Origin: an uncultured Eubacteriales bacterium
GTDB taxonomy: Bacteria; Acidobacteriota; Aminicenantia; Aminicenantales; Aminicenantaceae
DNA length: 64,000 nt
NCBI GenBank assembly: GCA_964633715.1
Contig: CAZWHQ010000007.1
Span: 20,914-84,913, forward strand
Reading direction: 5' to 3'
Below are positions 46,089-56,400 of the stretch, piece after piece. The notes beneath the pieces were generated by a model. It did no database searches. It saw only the letters and a program-made list of their open reading frames with translations, and was not told where the DNA came from. The position numbers and the translations under genes were made by a program. The first letter of the stretch is position 1; each line of letters starts with the position of its first letter.

Positions 46089-48437
46089 ATGAGCAGAGAA
46101 AGCCAACTTTTCACAGCCCTGGAAACACTGAAAAAATCTAGCCATCATACAGACTCGATAACAGCAGTCAAACATATACCTGTTCAGGAGGGTAAATACA
46201 GAGAATATCCTAAAGAAGTCCATCCGGCTCTAGTTGAAGTTCTACAGGAAAAAGGTTTTTCAAGACTCTACACACATCAACTCCAATCCTGGCAGCTACT
46301 CCACGAGCATAAAAACGTTGTCGTTGTCACACCGACCGCCTCGGGAAAAACGCTCTGTTACAATCTGCCTGTGCTCGACTCAATCCTGAAGAATCCATCT
46401 TCAAGAGCTATATACCTTTTCCCCACAAAAGCTCTCTCCCAGGACCAAAAAGCTGAATTGGACGGGACCATCAAGAAGCTTCCCGAGGAAGTGAGACTTT
46501 TCACGTATGACGGAGACACTCCTCAGGACGCAAGAAAGGCTATCCGGGCGCGAGGACATATTATTCTCACCAATCCGGACATGCTGCACACAGGGATTCT
46601 TCCTCACCATACAAAATGGATGAAACTCTTTGAAAACCTGAAATATATTGTTATTGACGAACTGCACAACTATCGCGGAATTTTCGGGAGTCATCTGGCC
46701 AATATCATTAGACGCCTGAAAAGGATCGCAAATTTTTACGGCTCTTCACCTCAGTTTATTCTCTGTACGGCAACAATTGCCAATCCTAAGGAAATGTCTG
46801 AAAAAACCATAGAGGAACCTGTGACCCTTATCGATGAAAATGGATCTCCTCATGGAGAAAAATACTTCATATTTTACAATCCGCCGGTCGTTAACAAATT
46901 TCTTGGCATTCGCCGGTCCTACGTGAATGAATCACGACGTGTGGCCGCTCTTTTTCTGAGACACAACCTGCAAACAATCGTATTCGCGAGGAGCCGCCTT
47001 ATCACCGAGGTCCTCGTCACATATCTCAAGGAGGACATCGAAAAAGGCATTCAAAAAGAAGGGCAAATCCGCGGATACAGGGGAGGATATCTACCCTTAA
47101 AAAGACGAGAAATCGAAAAAAAATTAAGGAATGGAGATATTTTGGGAGTTGTCTCTACAAACGCCCTCGAGTTGGGCATCGATATCGGGAGCCTGGATGT
47201 GGCTGTGCTGGCCGGATACCCCGGAAGCATTGCCAGCACCTGGCAGAGAGCAGGCCGTGCTGGCCGAAAAACGGGGAAATCTGCGGCTATCCTCGTCGCC
47301 ACAAGCGCACCCCTGGATCAATTCATGGTGAACAATCCAGACTATTTTTTCTCTAAGACCCCTGAGAGGGCCCTGATAAATCCGGACAACCTTTCGATCC
47401 TGGTCAATCATATCGAATGTGCCGCGTTTGAACTTCCCTTCCAAAAGGGAGAAAAATTCGGAGAGGCGGATATTGAAGAAATCCTCCGGTTTCTCGAAGA
47501 CGAGAAGATGGTCCATCATTCGGACGACAAATGGTTCTGGATTTCCGAAGCCTATCCGGCTGACGGCGTCAATCTCAGAAGTGTCAGCTCGGACAATTTT
47601 GTCGTCGTTGACACAACAGAAAAAGCAAAAGTGGTCGCCGAAGTGGACTATGGCTCAGCTTTGACAACCCTCCATCCAAAGGCTATCTATATCTGTGAGG
47701 GAATCCAGTATTATGTTGAAAAATTGGATTTCGATCAGAGAAAAGCCTACGTCAAAAAAACGGATATCGATTACTATACGGACGCCATTGACTATACCAA
47801 AATCAAGATTTTGGATGAATTCGACAAAAAGGTTCTGGCTCGTTCCCCGATTCTTCATGGTGAAGTGCATATGGCGACTCAAGTCGTGGGATTCAAAAAA
47901 ATAAAATTCTTCACCATGGAAAACGTCGGAGCCGGAGATTTGAGTCTCCCTCAGAACGAGATGCACACCACGGCCTACTGGATGACCATTCCTTCAGAAC
48001 TTTTTCATTCCCTGCCTTTCTCTTCAGAAGAGAGAATCAATGGTCTGTTTGGCCTCTCCTATTGTTTGCACCACGTCTCGCCGATATTTATGATGTGTGA
48101 TATTCATGATGTGGGTGTTGTTGTTGGTGATAATTCTTCAGGAAGATCCATTCCTCCTCGAGACATCCCCTTCAAAATACCCGATGAAGATGAACCCATC
48201 GACTTCTCAAACATTGCTTTCGAACCAAACATTTTCATCTATGACAACTTCCCGGGGGGCATCGGTCTGAGTCCGTCTCTCTTCGAACTGGGCAAAGAAC
48301 TGCTGGAACAATGCCAGAAAACGATTTCATCCTGTCCCTGTCAAGAGGGATGTCCATCTTGTGTCGGACCAACCAAAGAGAGCGGAAAGGGGGCCAAGCA
48401 GGTCGCTCTCCGAATTCTTGGAGATCTGCTTACTTAA
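46089..48437 (+). CDS. DEAD/DEAH-box helicase with DUF1998 (MrfA/YprA/Hrq1/SftH family)
   Basis: TPTASGKT, PTKALSQDQ, TNPDML, IDELH, STNALELGIDIG, QRAGRAGR; C-terminal CPCQEGCPSC. Confidence 0.92.
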   Translation: MSRESQLFTALETLKKSSHHTDSITAVKHIPVQEGKYREYPKEVHPALVEVLQEKGFSRLYTHQLQSWQLLHEHKNVVVVTPTASGKTLCYNLPVLDSILKNPSSRAIYLFPTKALSQDQKAELDGTIKKLPEEVRLFTYDGDTPQDARKAIRARGHIILTNPDMLHTGILPHHTKWMKLFENLKYIVIDELHNYRGIFGSHLANIIRRLKRIANFYGSSPQFILCTATIANPKEMSEKTIEEPVTLIDENGSPHGEKYFIFYNPPVVNKFLGIRRSYVNESRRVAALFLRHNLQTIVFARSRLITEVLVTYLKEDIEKGIQKEGQIRGYRGGYLPLKRREIEKKLRNGDILGVVSTNALELGIDIGSLDVAVLAGYPGSIASTWQRAGRAGRKTGKSAAILVATSAPLDQFMVNNPDYFFSKTPERALINPDNLSILVNHIECAAFELPFQKGEKFGEADIEEILRFLEDEKMVHHSDDKWFWISEAYPADGVNLRSVSSDNFVVVDTTEKAKVVAEVDYGSALTTLHPKAIYICEGIQYYVEKLDFDQRKAYVKKTDIDYYTDAIDYTKIKILDEFDKKVLARSPILHGEVHMATQVVGFKKIKFFTMENVGAGDLSLPQNEMHTTAYWMTIPSELFHSLPFSSEERINGLFGLSYCLHHVSPIFMMCDIHDVGVVVGDNSSGRSIPPRDIPFKIPDEDEPIDFSNIAFEPNIFIYDNFPGGIGLSPSLFELGKELLEQCQKTISSCPCQEGCPSCVGPTKESGKGAKQVALRILGDLLT

Positions 48438-48457
48438 ATAATGGATAAGAAATGTGT

Positions 48458-49108
48458 CTATTTGGACGTAAGTTTGGAGAGCTGTTTGTCTTCGCCCATG
48501 ATAATGAGAATATCGCTGTCCTTTATGACAAAATCAGATGCAGGGACATAGGTTATTTTTTCAGGGATGATTTCTTTCACAGCAATAATCTCGATACCAT
48601 ATTTATTCCGCAGGTCTAATTCCTTTAAGCTCTTGCCGATGAATTTTTCAGGAGGAGCAATTTCCTGAATCCCTACCCCCAACTGCAGGGGAAGATATTC
48701 AAGGATGTTGGGATTGCTGAGCCTGAGCGCGGTTTTAATAGCCATGTCCTTCTCTGGGAAAATAACTTCCGTCGCACCGACAGCATCGAGTATTTTCGCA
48801 TGATCTTCTGTCAGGGCCTTCGCCACGATTCGGCCCGTGCCGACTTCATGAAGATAGAGAACAGTCAGGATAGAGGGCTCCATCTCTGGCGCCAGGCTGA
48901 CAATCACCACATCCATATCCTGAATTCCCAAGGCTAAAAGATTTTCCTTGTCAGCTGCATCCATGTGGACTGCATTTGAAACAAAAGTTTTTACTTCCTC
49001 TATTTTTTCTTTGTCTTTGTCAACAGCAAGAACCTCGTTTCCATTTTCATAAAGCATTTTGGCCACATTGGAACCAAAACTTCCAAGACCTAACACTGCA
49101 AATTTCAT
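48458..49108 (-). CDS. trkA: Trk/Ktr K+ uptake system NAD-binding RCK subunit
   Basis: GLGSFG Rossmann motif, GATEVIFPEKDMA, TrkA-C domain. Confidence 0.92.
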   Translation of the reverse strand: MKFAVLGLGSFGSNVAKMLYENGNEVLAVDKDKEKIEEVKTFVSNAVHMDAADKENLLALGIQDMDVVIVSLAPEMEPSILTVLYLHEVGTGRIVAKALTEDHAKILDAVGATEVIFPEKDMAIKTALRLSNPNILEYLPLQLGVGIQEIAPPEKFIGKSLKELDLRNKYGIEIIAVKEIIPEKITYVPASDFVIKDSDILIIMGEDKQLSKLTSK

Positions 49109-49135
49109 GGCAACCTCACTCCTCTTTATTCCAAG

Positions 49136-50548
49136 TTACCCGATCATCACGTTTTCTTCAAGATACGCATACCGCCCAAAAGACTTCTGCCGACTAAAGG
49201 CCCATAGAAGAGTAAGTGGGCCTATCCTTCCTATATACATCGTCACTATGATCACAATTTTTGCAGCCGTGTTCAATCGAGGCGTAATCCCAAGAGAAAG
49301 GCCTACCGTTCCAAAGGCCGAAAAAACCTCGAAGACAACTTCTCTCATGGTAAATTCTGGTTGAACGAGCGACAGGATGAACGTAGAAAAGAAAAGAATG
49401 GAAAAACTCAACGTCACAACCGTAAAAGCCCTCATAATCAAATCGTTGGGAAGAGTCCTGTAATAAAGATTTACAGAATTTCGCGCGGTTATTTTGGATT
49501 TAAGAAAGGCAAAAATCACTCCGAACGTGCTCGTCTTGATTCCACCTCCCGTTGAACCCGAAGACGCACCAATAAACATGAGGAGAATCAAAAGCATTAC
49601 AGAGGAAAAACTGATAGCGTTCAAATTCATTGTGCTGAAACCCGCAGTGCGGGCCGTCACGACTTGAAAGAGAGAAGCAAGAATTTTACCCCCGATTGAA
49701 AAAGTTCGCAAAGCCTGATTCCACTCAACAATCAAGAACACGATCCAGGGCAGGAAGATAAGGAAAAATGAAAAGGACAGGACAATTTTTGTATGAAGGG
49801 AAATGCGTATTTTCTTTTTTTTCAAAAACGTAAAAAACAGATCTTTTAGCTCCATAAGCACAAGAAACCCAATGCCTCCAAAAATGATCAACAACATTAT
49901 TATCGCATTTATCCAGATATCATTTCTATACGCTCCCAAGCTGTCGCTGAAAAGAGAGAAGCCAGCATTGCAGAAGGCTGATATCGAATGGAAGATCGAT
50001 TGAAATAAACCCTTGCTAAAGGACACCCCCTTCCCCCAACGAATAAACAACAGAAACGCACCGATGGCTTCCATACCAAAAACAAAGAAAAAAACACTTT
50101 TTATTAAAGTTTTCACATCCTTTGGCGCCGCATGATGGAATTCCTGCTGGATGATGATTCTGTCCGTGAATGAGATTTTCTTCCCTGCGGCAAAAAGGAT
50201 GAGAGTCGAAAACGTCATGATTCCCACTCCCCCCAATTGAAACAAAAGCATGTTGAGAATCTGACCAAAGGGAGCAAAATAGGTCGGCGTGTCATGAACG
50301 GATAAGCCTGTCACACATACGGATGAGGTCGCTCGAAACAGCGCATCAATCAAGGATATATGACCGGTCTTAGTGCTGAGGGGGAGTAGGAATAGGCCCG
50401 CTCCGACAACCATGGCCGCGAGGAAGCTCAGGGCAAGGAACTGTGCTGGACTAAACTTTTTTTCACCCTTCCGGTTCTTTTGATTTTTCATCTGCCCCAT
50501 GAGATCATTCCAAGTTCCAAATCTATTACTTGATGAAGGCATTGTCAA
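49136..50548 (-). CDS. trkH: Trk/Ktr K+ uptake membrane subunit (KtrB/TrkH)
   Basis: SSVCVTGL, SAFCNAGF, TARTAGF, GASSGSTGGGIK, SAFGTVGLS. Confidence 0.92.
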   Translation of the reverse strand: MTMPSSSNRFGTWNDLMGQMKNQKNRKGEKKFSPAQFLALSFLAAMVVGAGLFLLPLSTKTGHISLIDALFRATSSVCVTGLSVHDTPTYFAPFGQILNMLLFQLGGVGIMTFSTLILFAAGKKISFTDRIIIQQEFHHAAPKDVKTLIKSVFFFVFGMEAIGAFLLFIRWGKGVSFSKGLFQSIFHSISAFCNAGFSLFSDSLGAYRNDIWINAIIMLLIIFGGIGFLVLMELKDLFFTFLKKKKIRISLHTKIVLSFSFFLIFLPWIVFLIVEWNQALRTFSIGGKILASLFQVVTARTAGFSTMNLNAISFSSVMLLILLMFIGASSGSTGGGIKTSTFGVIFAFLKSKITARNSVNLYYRTLPNDLIMRAFTVVTLSFSILFFSTFILSLVQPEFTMREVVFEVFSAFGTVGLSLGITPRLNTAAKIVIIVTMYIGRIGPLTLLWAFSRQKSFGRYAYLEENVMIG

Positions 50549-50670
50549 TCAGCATTTGGGCTCCAAACTAAACACTCGCTCTTTTTCTGTCGTATTTACT
50601 TTGAAACTCATCCAGGCGGGCACAATTTGACTTTACGCCTGGTATATGCTACTTTTTTTTCAGTAAAACA

Positions 50671-51333
50671 ATGAATTTTTTTAAACTTATTTTGCAAGCA
50701 AGTCCGATTGTCCAAGTGGTTCTTCTCATTCTTATGTTCTTCTCGGTCTTTTCTTGGGCCGTCATTTTTTTCAAAAAAAACACACTCAAGGCCGCCGCTA
50801 CACGATCTGAAAAATTTATGGAAGTTTTTCATAAAAGCCAGAATTTGAGTGAAGTCAACGAGGCCGCTAAAAAATATAAGGGCAGTCCTCTGGCGCTCCT
50901 CTTCCAGGCCGGATATCGAGAATTGGCCTATTTAAGCAAGGGAAATCCTGAACCGAGCATCACCCCCACAAAATTGGAAAGTCTCAACCGTGCCCTTATC
51001 AGGGCATCAAACGCAGAGATTTCCAGGCTGGAAAAGATGATGATGTTTCTGGCTACAACAGGAAGTGTGACTCCTTTCATCGGGCTTTTTGGAACGGTAT
51101 GGGGAATCATGAACGCCTTCACCCAACTCGGTGTGATGAGGGTCGCCACTCTGGATACGGTCGCTCCCGGAATCGCAGAAGCCTTGATTGCCACGGCACT
51201 GGGTTTGTTCGCGGCCATTCCGGCCGTGGTTTTTTACAACTTGTACCTCCAGAGGATCAAGAATACGATCACTCAGATGGAAGATTTTTCCCTTGAATTT
51301 CTCAACATCATAGAAAGACTCTATGGCATTTAA
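50671..51333 (+). CDS. tolQ: Tol-Pal system proton channel TolQ
   Basis: LATTGSVTPFIGLFGTVWGIM, VAPGIAEALIATALGL. Confidence 0.92.
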   Translation: MNFFKLILQASPIVQVVLLILMFFSVFSWAVIFFKKNTLKAAATRSEKFMEVFHKSQNLSEVNEAAKKYKGSPLALLFQAGYRELAYLSKGNPEPSITPTKLESLNRALIRASNAEISRLEKMMMFLATTGSVTPFIGLFGTVWGIMNAFTQLGVMRVATLDTVAPGIAEALIATALGLFAAIPAVVFYNLYLQRIKNTITQMEDFSLEFLNIIERLYGI

Positions 51334-51769
51334 AGTTCAAAGAATAAGTCAAAAAGAGGTGGGGACCTCCCTTTCCGAAATTAACGTCACCCCCCTGGTC
51401 GACGTCATGCTTGTTCTTCTTATTATCTTTATGGTCACAGCCCCTATGATGAAATCGGGTATAGGCGTCAATCTCCCTCAGGCTGAAACCCAGTCGGCTC
51501 CTTCAGATGACGGTCTCACAATCACCATCACCAGAGATATGTACATCCATATGGAGGATCAAGTTATCAACCAAATGCTTCTCGAAGACAAACTGAAAGA
51601 ATACTTTATGGGGCAGGAGAGTAAGATCGTTTTTCTTAAAGGGGACAAGGATCTTCCCTATGGATTTGTATTCCATGTTATGGATATCATAAAAAAAGCG
51701 GGAATCGAAACCATCGGTCTAATCGCCGATCCAAAAGAACTCGACAAAGAATACAGAGACAATTCATGA
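51323..51769 (+). CDS. tolR: Tol-Pal system protein TolR (ExbD family)
   Basis: EINVTPLVDVMLVLLIIFMVTAP. Confidence 0.92.
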   Translation: MAFKVQRISQKEVGTSLSEINVTPLVDVMLVLLIIFMVTAPMMKSGIGVNLPQAETQSAPSDDGLTITITRDMYIHMEDQVINQMLLEDKLKEYFMGQESKIVFLKGDKDLPYGFVFHVMDIIKKAGIETIGLIADPKELDKEYRDNS

Positions 51770-52575
51770 CTGTGGTCGCTATGAAATCTGAAAGCGAGCG
51801 CTTTAAAAAGGCGATTTATATCTCCATAACAGCCCATGTGGTGCTCTTCCTCATCCTCCTGTTCTCCCCCCACATCCGGCTGCCGGCGAGCAAAAAGATG
51901 ATCCATTATGTCAATGTCTTCTCCATCCCCGGTGGTGGAGGCGGGGGAGGGGGTGCTGAAAACGTCAGCCTTAAAACGCCGGCTCAGGAAGAAGTGATCG
52001 AAACGATCGTTCCAAAACGGGAAAGCCTGCAGGATCTCACCACACCGCAGAAAATGGAAGAACAGAGCACGTCATCTCTCCGATTTCCCGTAGATAAACC
52101 CAAACGGGAAAAGGCGCCGCCTGAAGAGAAAAAAACGGTCATCGAAAAGCAGACCAAACCGACTCCTAAAAAAGCGGAGCAGAAAGAGACAGCCACAACA
52201 TTAGGGAGTGGAACCGGTATAAAAATCGGAATCGGCGGGGGTGAAGGAAGTGGTGAGGGGGCTGGTTCTGGATTCGAATCGGAAATTGGCCTGTCTAACT
52301 TTCCCTTTTCCTATTATCTCCGTCAGCTCAGCAGCAGGCTCTCCAACTTTTGGGTGAAACCCCTATCAAGACAGGACCTGTTCACGACGGTCTTTTTCAG
52401 GATTTACAGGGACGGCAGTATTGGTGATTTAAAAATCGTCGAAAAAAGCGGAAACAGCATCCTCGATCGCTCCGCCATCCGGGCCATCACACTTGCGGAA
52501 CCCTTTGCTCCTCTTCCTCAGGCCTATGCTTATAATTACCTTGAAATCCAACTTATATTCGAGCATGGAAAATGA
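51766..52575 (+). CDS. TolA/TonB-family energy transducer
   Basis: Single TM with S-x3-H (SITAHVV), Gly/Pro/Lys-rich linker, TonB-C-like domain (KSGNSILDRSAIRAI); sits between tolR and tolB. Confidence 0.8.
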   Translation: MTVVAMKSESERFKKAIYISITAHVVLFLILLFSPHIRLPASKKMIHYVNVFSIPGGGGGGGGAENVSLKTPAQEEVIETIVPKRESLQDLTTPQKMEEQSTSSLRFPVDKPKREKAPPEEKKTVIEKQTKPTPKKAEQKETATTLGSGTGIKIGIGGGEGSGEGAGSGFESEIGLSNFPFSYYLRQLSSRLSNFWVKPLSRQDLFTTVFFRIYRDGSIGDLKIVEKSGNSILDRSAIRAITLAEPFAPLPQAYAYNYLEIQLIFEHGK

Positions 52576-53891
52576 AAACAAAAAGTTTGCTTATCCTGAC
52601 CACTTTGTTTTTCTCGGCTGGGATTCTTCTCCACTCTCAACAGAGAGTCACCTTAACAATTGGAGAGGGGATGCCGGCTTACCCCTTGGCCATCCCAAAA
52701 TTTATCATTCACGATCCATCCCCTGAAATCAAAGCTTCCCCTGAGGTTAGGGCGGCCGCTGAGGAAATCTATCAGATTGTCCGTGCGGATCTGAAATACT
52801 CCCGGATATTTAATCCCGTCCCCGACAGCTACTATTCCTGGATCCGCCCGCTGGATCCGGAAGAAATTTTCTTCAAGGATTGGGAATCTATTCAAGCTCA
52901 GATTCTTTTTGTAGGAGAGGTATCCCAAGGTGAGGGAAACAATGTCATATTCGAAGGCAAGCTCTACGATGTCAAAGCCGGTGAACGCATCACAGGCAAA
53001 CGATACACCGGAGACAGCAGCCTTTTGCGCTTGATGGCACACAGAATGTCGGATGAGGTGATAAAAATGTTCGGAGAAACCCCTATTTTCCAGTCCAAAG
53101 TCGCATTCATTTCCGACCGCGATGGGAATGACGAATTGTATATGATGGACTATGACGGGTTTAATCTGACACGGCTCACCTTCAATGAAACCATCGATTA
53201 TATGCCGGGTTGGACAGCCGATGGGAAAAAAATCGCCTACACCTCCTACAGGGGTGACAAGGCTACACTCTGGCTCTATTCTATCTATGAGGGCGAAAGA
53301 ACCATTGTGTTTGATGAAGGAACAACTTATGCCCCGGTCTTTTCCCCCAATGGAAGAAAGATGGCCTTCTGTTCCACAGAAGATGAAGGAAACTCGGAAA
53401 TTTATACAGCCAACAGCGACGGGAAAAACATCAAACGTCTGACCTTCAACAGGGCCATCGACACAGCCCCCACATGGTCTCCCAACAGCCGTCTTATTGC
53501 TTTCACCTCAGACCGGGGAGGAACACCTCAAATTTATATCATGGATGCCGAGGGTTCGAACGTGGAACGTGTCAGCTTCGGAGGAAATTACCACGATGGG
53601 CCTGCCTGGTCCCCAACTGCCAATATGATCGCCTATGTTTCTCGAGTCAATCAGATTTTCGACATCTATGTGCTAAACCGGGACACTAACAGGATTGTCA
53701 AACTCACAGAAAGCAATGCACGAAATGAATCCCCCACATGGTCTCCAGACGGACGGCACATCATCTATTCATCAAATATCAGTGGGTCCATTCAGCTCTG
53801 GACAATCGACTATGACGGTGCAAATCGCCGCCGATTGACTTCTTCGGGAACCAACAAGCTTCCCGAATGGTCCCGTTCAACCGCAAAATGA
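52572..53891 (+). CDS. tolB: Tol-Pal beta-propeller protein TolB
   Basis: TolB N-domain (LKYSRIF, AHRMSDE) plus PD40 repeats (WSPNS, WSPT, WSPDG). Confidence 0.92.
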   Translation: MKTKSLLILTTLFFSAGILLHSQQRVTLTIGEGMPAYPLAIPKFIIHDPSPEIKASPEVRAAAEEIYQIVRADLKYSRIFNPVPDSYYSWIRPLDPEEIFFKDWESIQAQILFVGEVSQGEGNNVIFEGKLYDVKAGERITGKRYTGDSSLLRLMAHRMSDEVIKMFGETPIFQSKVAFISDRDGNDELYMMDYDGFNLTRLTFNETIDYMPGWTADGKKIAYTSYRGDKATLWLYSIYEGERTIVFDEGTTYAPVFSPNGRKMAFCSTEDEGNSEIYTANSDGKNIKRLTFNRAIDTAPTWSPNSRLIAFTSDRGGTPQIYIMDAEGSNVERVSFGGNYHDGPAWSPTANMIAYVSRVNQIFDIYVLNRDTNRIVKLTESNARNESPTWSPDGRHIIYSSNISGSIQLWTIDYDGANRRRLTSSGTNKLPEWSRSTAK

Positions 53892-53926
53892 ATAACTTAC
53901 ACTCAAAAAAAAATAGTCTTCCCCAT

Positions 53927-53955
53927 TTGACATATAGTTTTTTTACAGGTATAAA
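53927..53955 (+). promoter_or_regulatory. Internal sigma-70 promoter of pal
   Basis: TTGACA-17 bp-TATAAA; AAGGAGG SD before ATG 54021. Confidence 0.6.
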
Positions 53956-54020
53956 AATAAGGCAATTATTAAAACGTTCCTAACAGAACAGAGGAAATTT
54001 GTAGACTCTAAGGAGGTCAA

Positions 54021-54575
54021 ATGAAAAAAACGATCGTATTTTCGCTAGCATTCCTTCTGATCTTTGGGTTTTTTATCTCCTGCAAGAAAAAAGTCGAAGA
54101 GACTCCACCGCCGCCCCCACCTCAGGTTAAAGAACAGCCCAAAGTAGAAAAAGTGGAAAAACCTGTTGTCGTCAAAGAACCCGAATTGACGGAAGAGGAA
54201 ATTTTCATGCAGAAATCCCTTGAAGAGCTTAACAGAGAAGCTCCCCTCAGAATGGTCCATTTCGACTTTGACAAATACTTTATCAGGGAAGATGCAAAGC
54301 CAATTTTGGAAGCCAATGCAGCCTATCTGAAAAAGTGGAGATCTGTCAAAGTCTTAATTGAAGGGCACTGCGACGAAAGGGGCACAGAAGAGTACAATCT
54401 TGCCTTGGGAGAAAAGAGGGCAAAAAGTACATTTGATTATCTTGTATCCTTAGGCATTTCCGCAGACAGGCTTAAGACTATTTCCTATGGAAAAAGCCAA
54501 CCTTTGGATACAGGTTCAAACGAAATTGCCTGGCAGAAAAACAGACGAGCTCAACCTACCATCATCGAAAAATAA
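54021..54575 (+). CDS. pal: Peptidoglycan-associated lipoprotein Pal
   Basis: Lipobox FISC, VHFDFDK, IEGHCDERGTEEYNLALGEKRA, ISYGK, NRRA. Confidence 0.96.
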   Translation: MKKTIVFSLAFLLIFGFFISCKKKVEETPPPPPPQVKEQPKVEKVEKPVVVKEPELTEEEIFMQKSLEELNREAPLRMVHFDFDKYFIREDAKPILEANAAYLKKWRSVKVLIEGHCDERGTEEYNLALGEKRAKSTFDYLVSLGISADRLKTISYGKSQPLDTGSNEIAWQKNRRAQPTIIEK

Positions 54576-54591
54576 AAATTAGTCTACGTAG

Positions 54592-55500
54592 ATGAAAAAA
54601 GGGCTCTCTGCATTTTTCACTCTTTTTCTGCTTTTTTCAGCTCTTTTTGCTTACGGTGGCGACCAGAGCAAAAAAACATACGAACTTATCTACCAAGACC
54701 TCCAGCGGCTCACACAGCATGTCCTTGACCTCGAAAAAACCACAGGGCAGAACAGCGAAGACATTCTTGCTCTAAACAAAATACTCCAAGAACTGCTCAC
54801 ACTCAGTTTGCGGTTCCAGAAAGAACAGGCAAGCATTAAGGAAGACCAAAAACAAATTCCTTCTCAGATCCAAGTGGTTTTGGCCAAATTGGATGCTCTC
54901 AATACCAAACTCAATAACTTTTCAGCCGAGCTTCTGGAAATCAAAGAGATCGTCCTGACTCCTCCTGAACCGGAAACGATTGAACAATTAGATGAAGGGG
55001 AAAGCAAAAAATCTCTTCCTGCTGAGCAAAAAACAGAAGAAACAAAGGCTGAAGAAAATCTGGGAGAGGAAGAGTTGACCGTAGAGCAGCAGAAAGACTT
55101 GGAGGATATCCCCGAAACTCCTCAACTCTCACCGCAAGAAGTGTATAATATTTCCTATTCAGATTATCTCAATGGCAATTATCAGATGGCCATCGATGGA
55201 TTCACTCTATATCTCGAGCAGTTTTCCAGCAGCCCTGTGGCAGACGATGCGGCCTACTGGATAGGGGAATGTTACTTCAGCCTGGGCAAATTCGAAGAAG
55301 CCGTCGTGCAGTTTACTGAATTGATACTCAATTTTCCTGAAGGAGACAAAATCCCCGCCGCCTATTTAAAAAAAGGATTAAGCCTCCTCAAATTGGAAAA
55401 AAAAGATGAGGCTTTATCTGTTTTTAAACTCTTGATCAGCAAATATCCCTTCGAAGATGAAACAAGAATTGCTCAGGAAAAAATAAAGGAGATTCGATAA
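54592..55500 (+). CDS. cpoB: Cell division coordinator CpoB (YbgF)
   Basis: Signal peptide, coiled coil, acidic linker, C-terminal TPRs (AAYWIGECY, IPAAYLKKG); follows pal. Confidence 0.88.
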   Translation: MKKGLSAFFTLFLLFSALFAYGGDQSKKTYELIYQDLQRLTQHVLDLEKTTGQNSEDILALNKILQELLTLSLRFQKEQASIKEDQKQIPSQIQVVLAKLDALNTKLNNFSAELLEIKEIVLTPPEPETIEQLDEGESKKSLPAEQKTEETKAEENLGEEELTVEQQKDLEDIPETPQLSPQEVYNISYSDYLNGNYQMAIDGFTLYLEQFSSSPVADDAAYWIGECYFSLGKFEEAVVQFTELILNFPEGDKIPAAYLKKGLSLLKLEKKDEALSVFKLLISKYPFEDETRIAQEKIKEIR

Positions 55501-55503
55501 CAA

Positions 55504-55956
55504 ATGCGTGACATAAACAGCCTGAACAAGGTTCTCCTCATTGGCCGTCTTGGTCAAAATCCCGAATTGAGATATATTCCTCAGACTGAAAGAGCCGTGG
55601 CCAACTTTACGCTAGCAACAAACGAAAAATATTATAATCCAAACACCAACGAAAGTGATATCCGAGCTGAGTGGCACAAAATCGTCGCATGGGGGAAACT
55701 TGCCGAATTTTGTGAAAAATTTTTAACTCAGGGGAAACAGATACTCGTAGAGGGAAAACTTCGGACACGGAACTGGCAGGATAAAGAGGGAAATAAACGT
55801 TACACAACAGAAATACATGCCGGAAACATTGTTCTTCTCGGAAAGAAAGAGGATACAACTACCGATCATAATAGCGGAGAGCATGGTGTTTCTGAATTTC
55901 CCAGTGAAAAGCCTTCTCCTGAAATCCCAGAAGACGATGATGAGGTCCCCTTCTAG
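55504..55956 (+). CDS. ssb: Single-stranded DNA-binding protein
   Basis: LNKVLLIGRLGQNPELRY, EWHKIVAWG, VEGKLRTR; acidic tail DDDEVPF. Confidence 0.96.
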   Translation: MRDINSLNKVLLIGRLGQNPELRYIPQTERAVANFTLATNEKYYNPNTNESDIRAEWHKIVAWGKLAEFCEKFLTQGKQILVEGKLRTRNWQDKEGNKRYTTEIHAGNIVLLGKKEDTTTDHNSGEHGVSEFPSEKPSPEIPEDDDEVPF

Positions 55957-56006
55957 ATAACAAAATAGACCAGAACGGAAAAACATCTTTAAAGCGTAAC
56001 TTATTT

Positions 56007-56393
56007 ATGCCAAAAAATGACTTGAGTCCCAAGGAAAAGCAATTTAGAGAAGGAATTTTTGAAGATTTTCGTCCATGGGGAAAGTTTCGCTCTTTCCCTC
56101 ATAAGGATGCCTCAAGCATTAAGATTATTACGGTTGACCCAAACAGCTCTCTCTCCCTTCAATACCACATCTCCAGGAGTGAATTCTGGATTGTGCTTGA
56201 TGAAGGATTAGAGATCACAATCGGAGACAAAGTCTGGAAACCTCATAAAAATGAGGAAATCTTTATTCAAGAAAAAGCGCCTCATCGCATCCGGAATCTG
56301 GGAGAACACCCGGCTCGAATTTTGGAAATTTGGTTAGGGGACTCAGATGAGTCGGATATCGTTCGTCTTAAAGATGACTACGGAAGAGACTAG
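56007..56393 (+). CDS. Stand-alone phosphomannose isomerase type II C-terminal cupin domain protein
   Basis: RPWGKF, LSLQYH..RSEFW, PHRIRN, ESDIVRLKDDYGR. Confidence 0.85.
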   Translation: MPKNDLSPKEKQFREGIFEDFRPWGKFRSFPHKDASSIKIITVDPNSSLSLQYHISRSEFWIVLDEGLEITIGDKVWKPHKNEEIFIQEKAPHRIRNLGEHPARILEIWLGDSDESDIVRLKDDYGRD

Positions 56394-56400
56394 ATCATAG

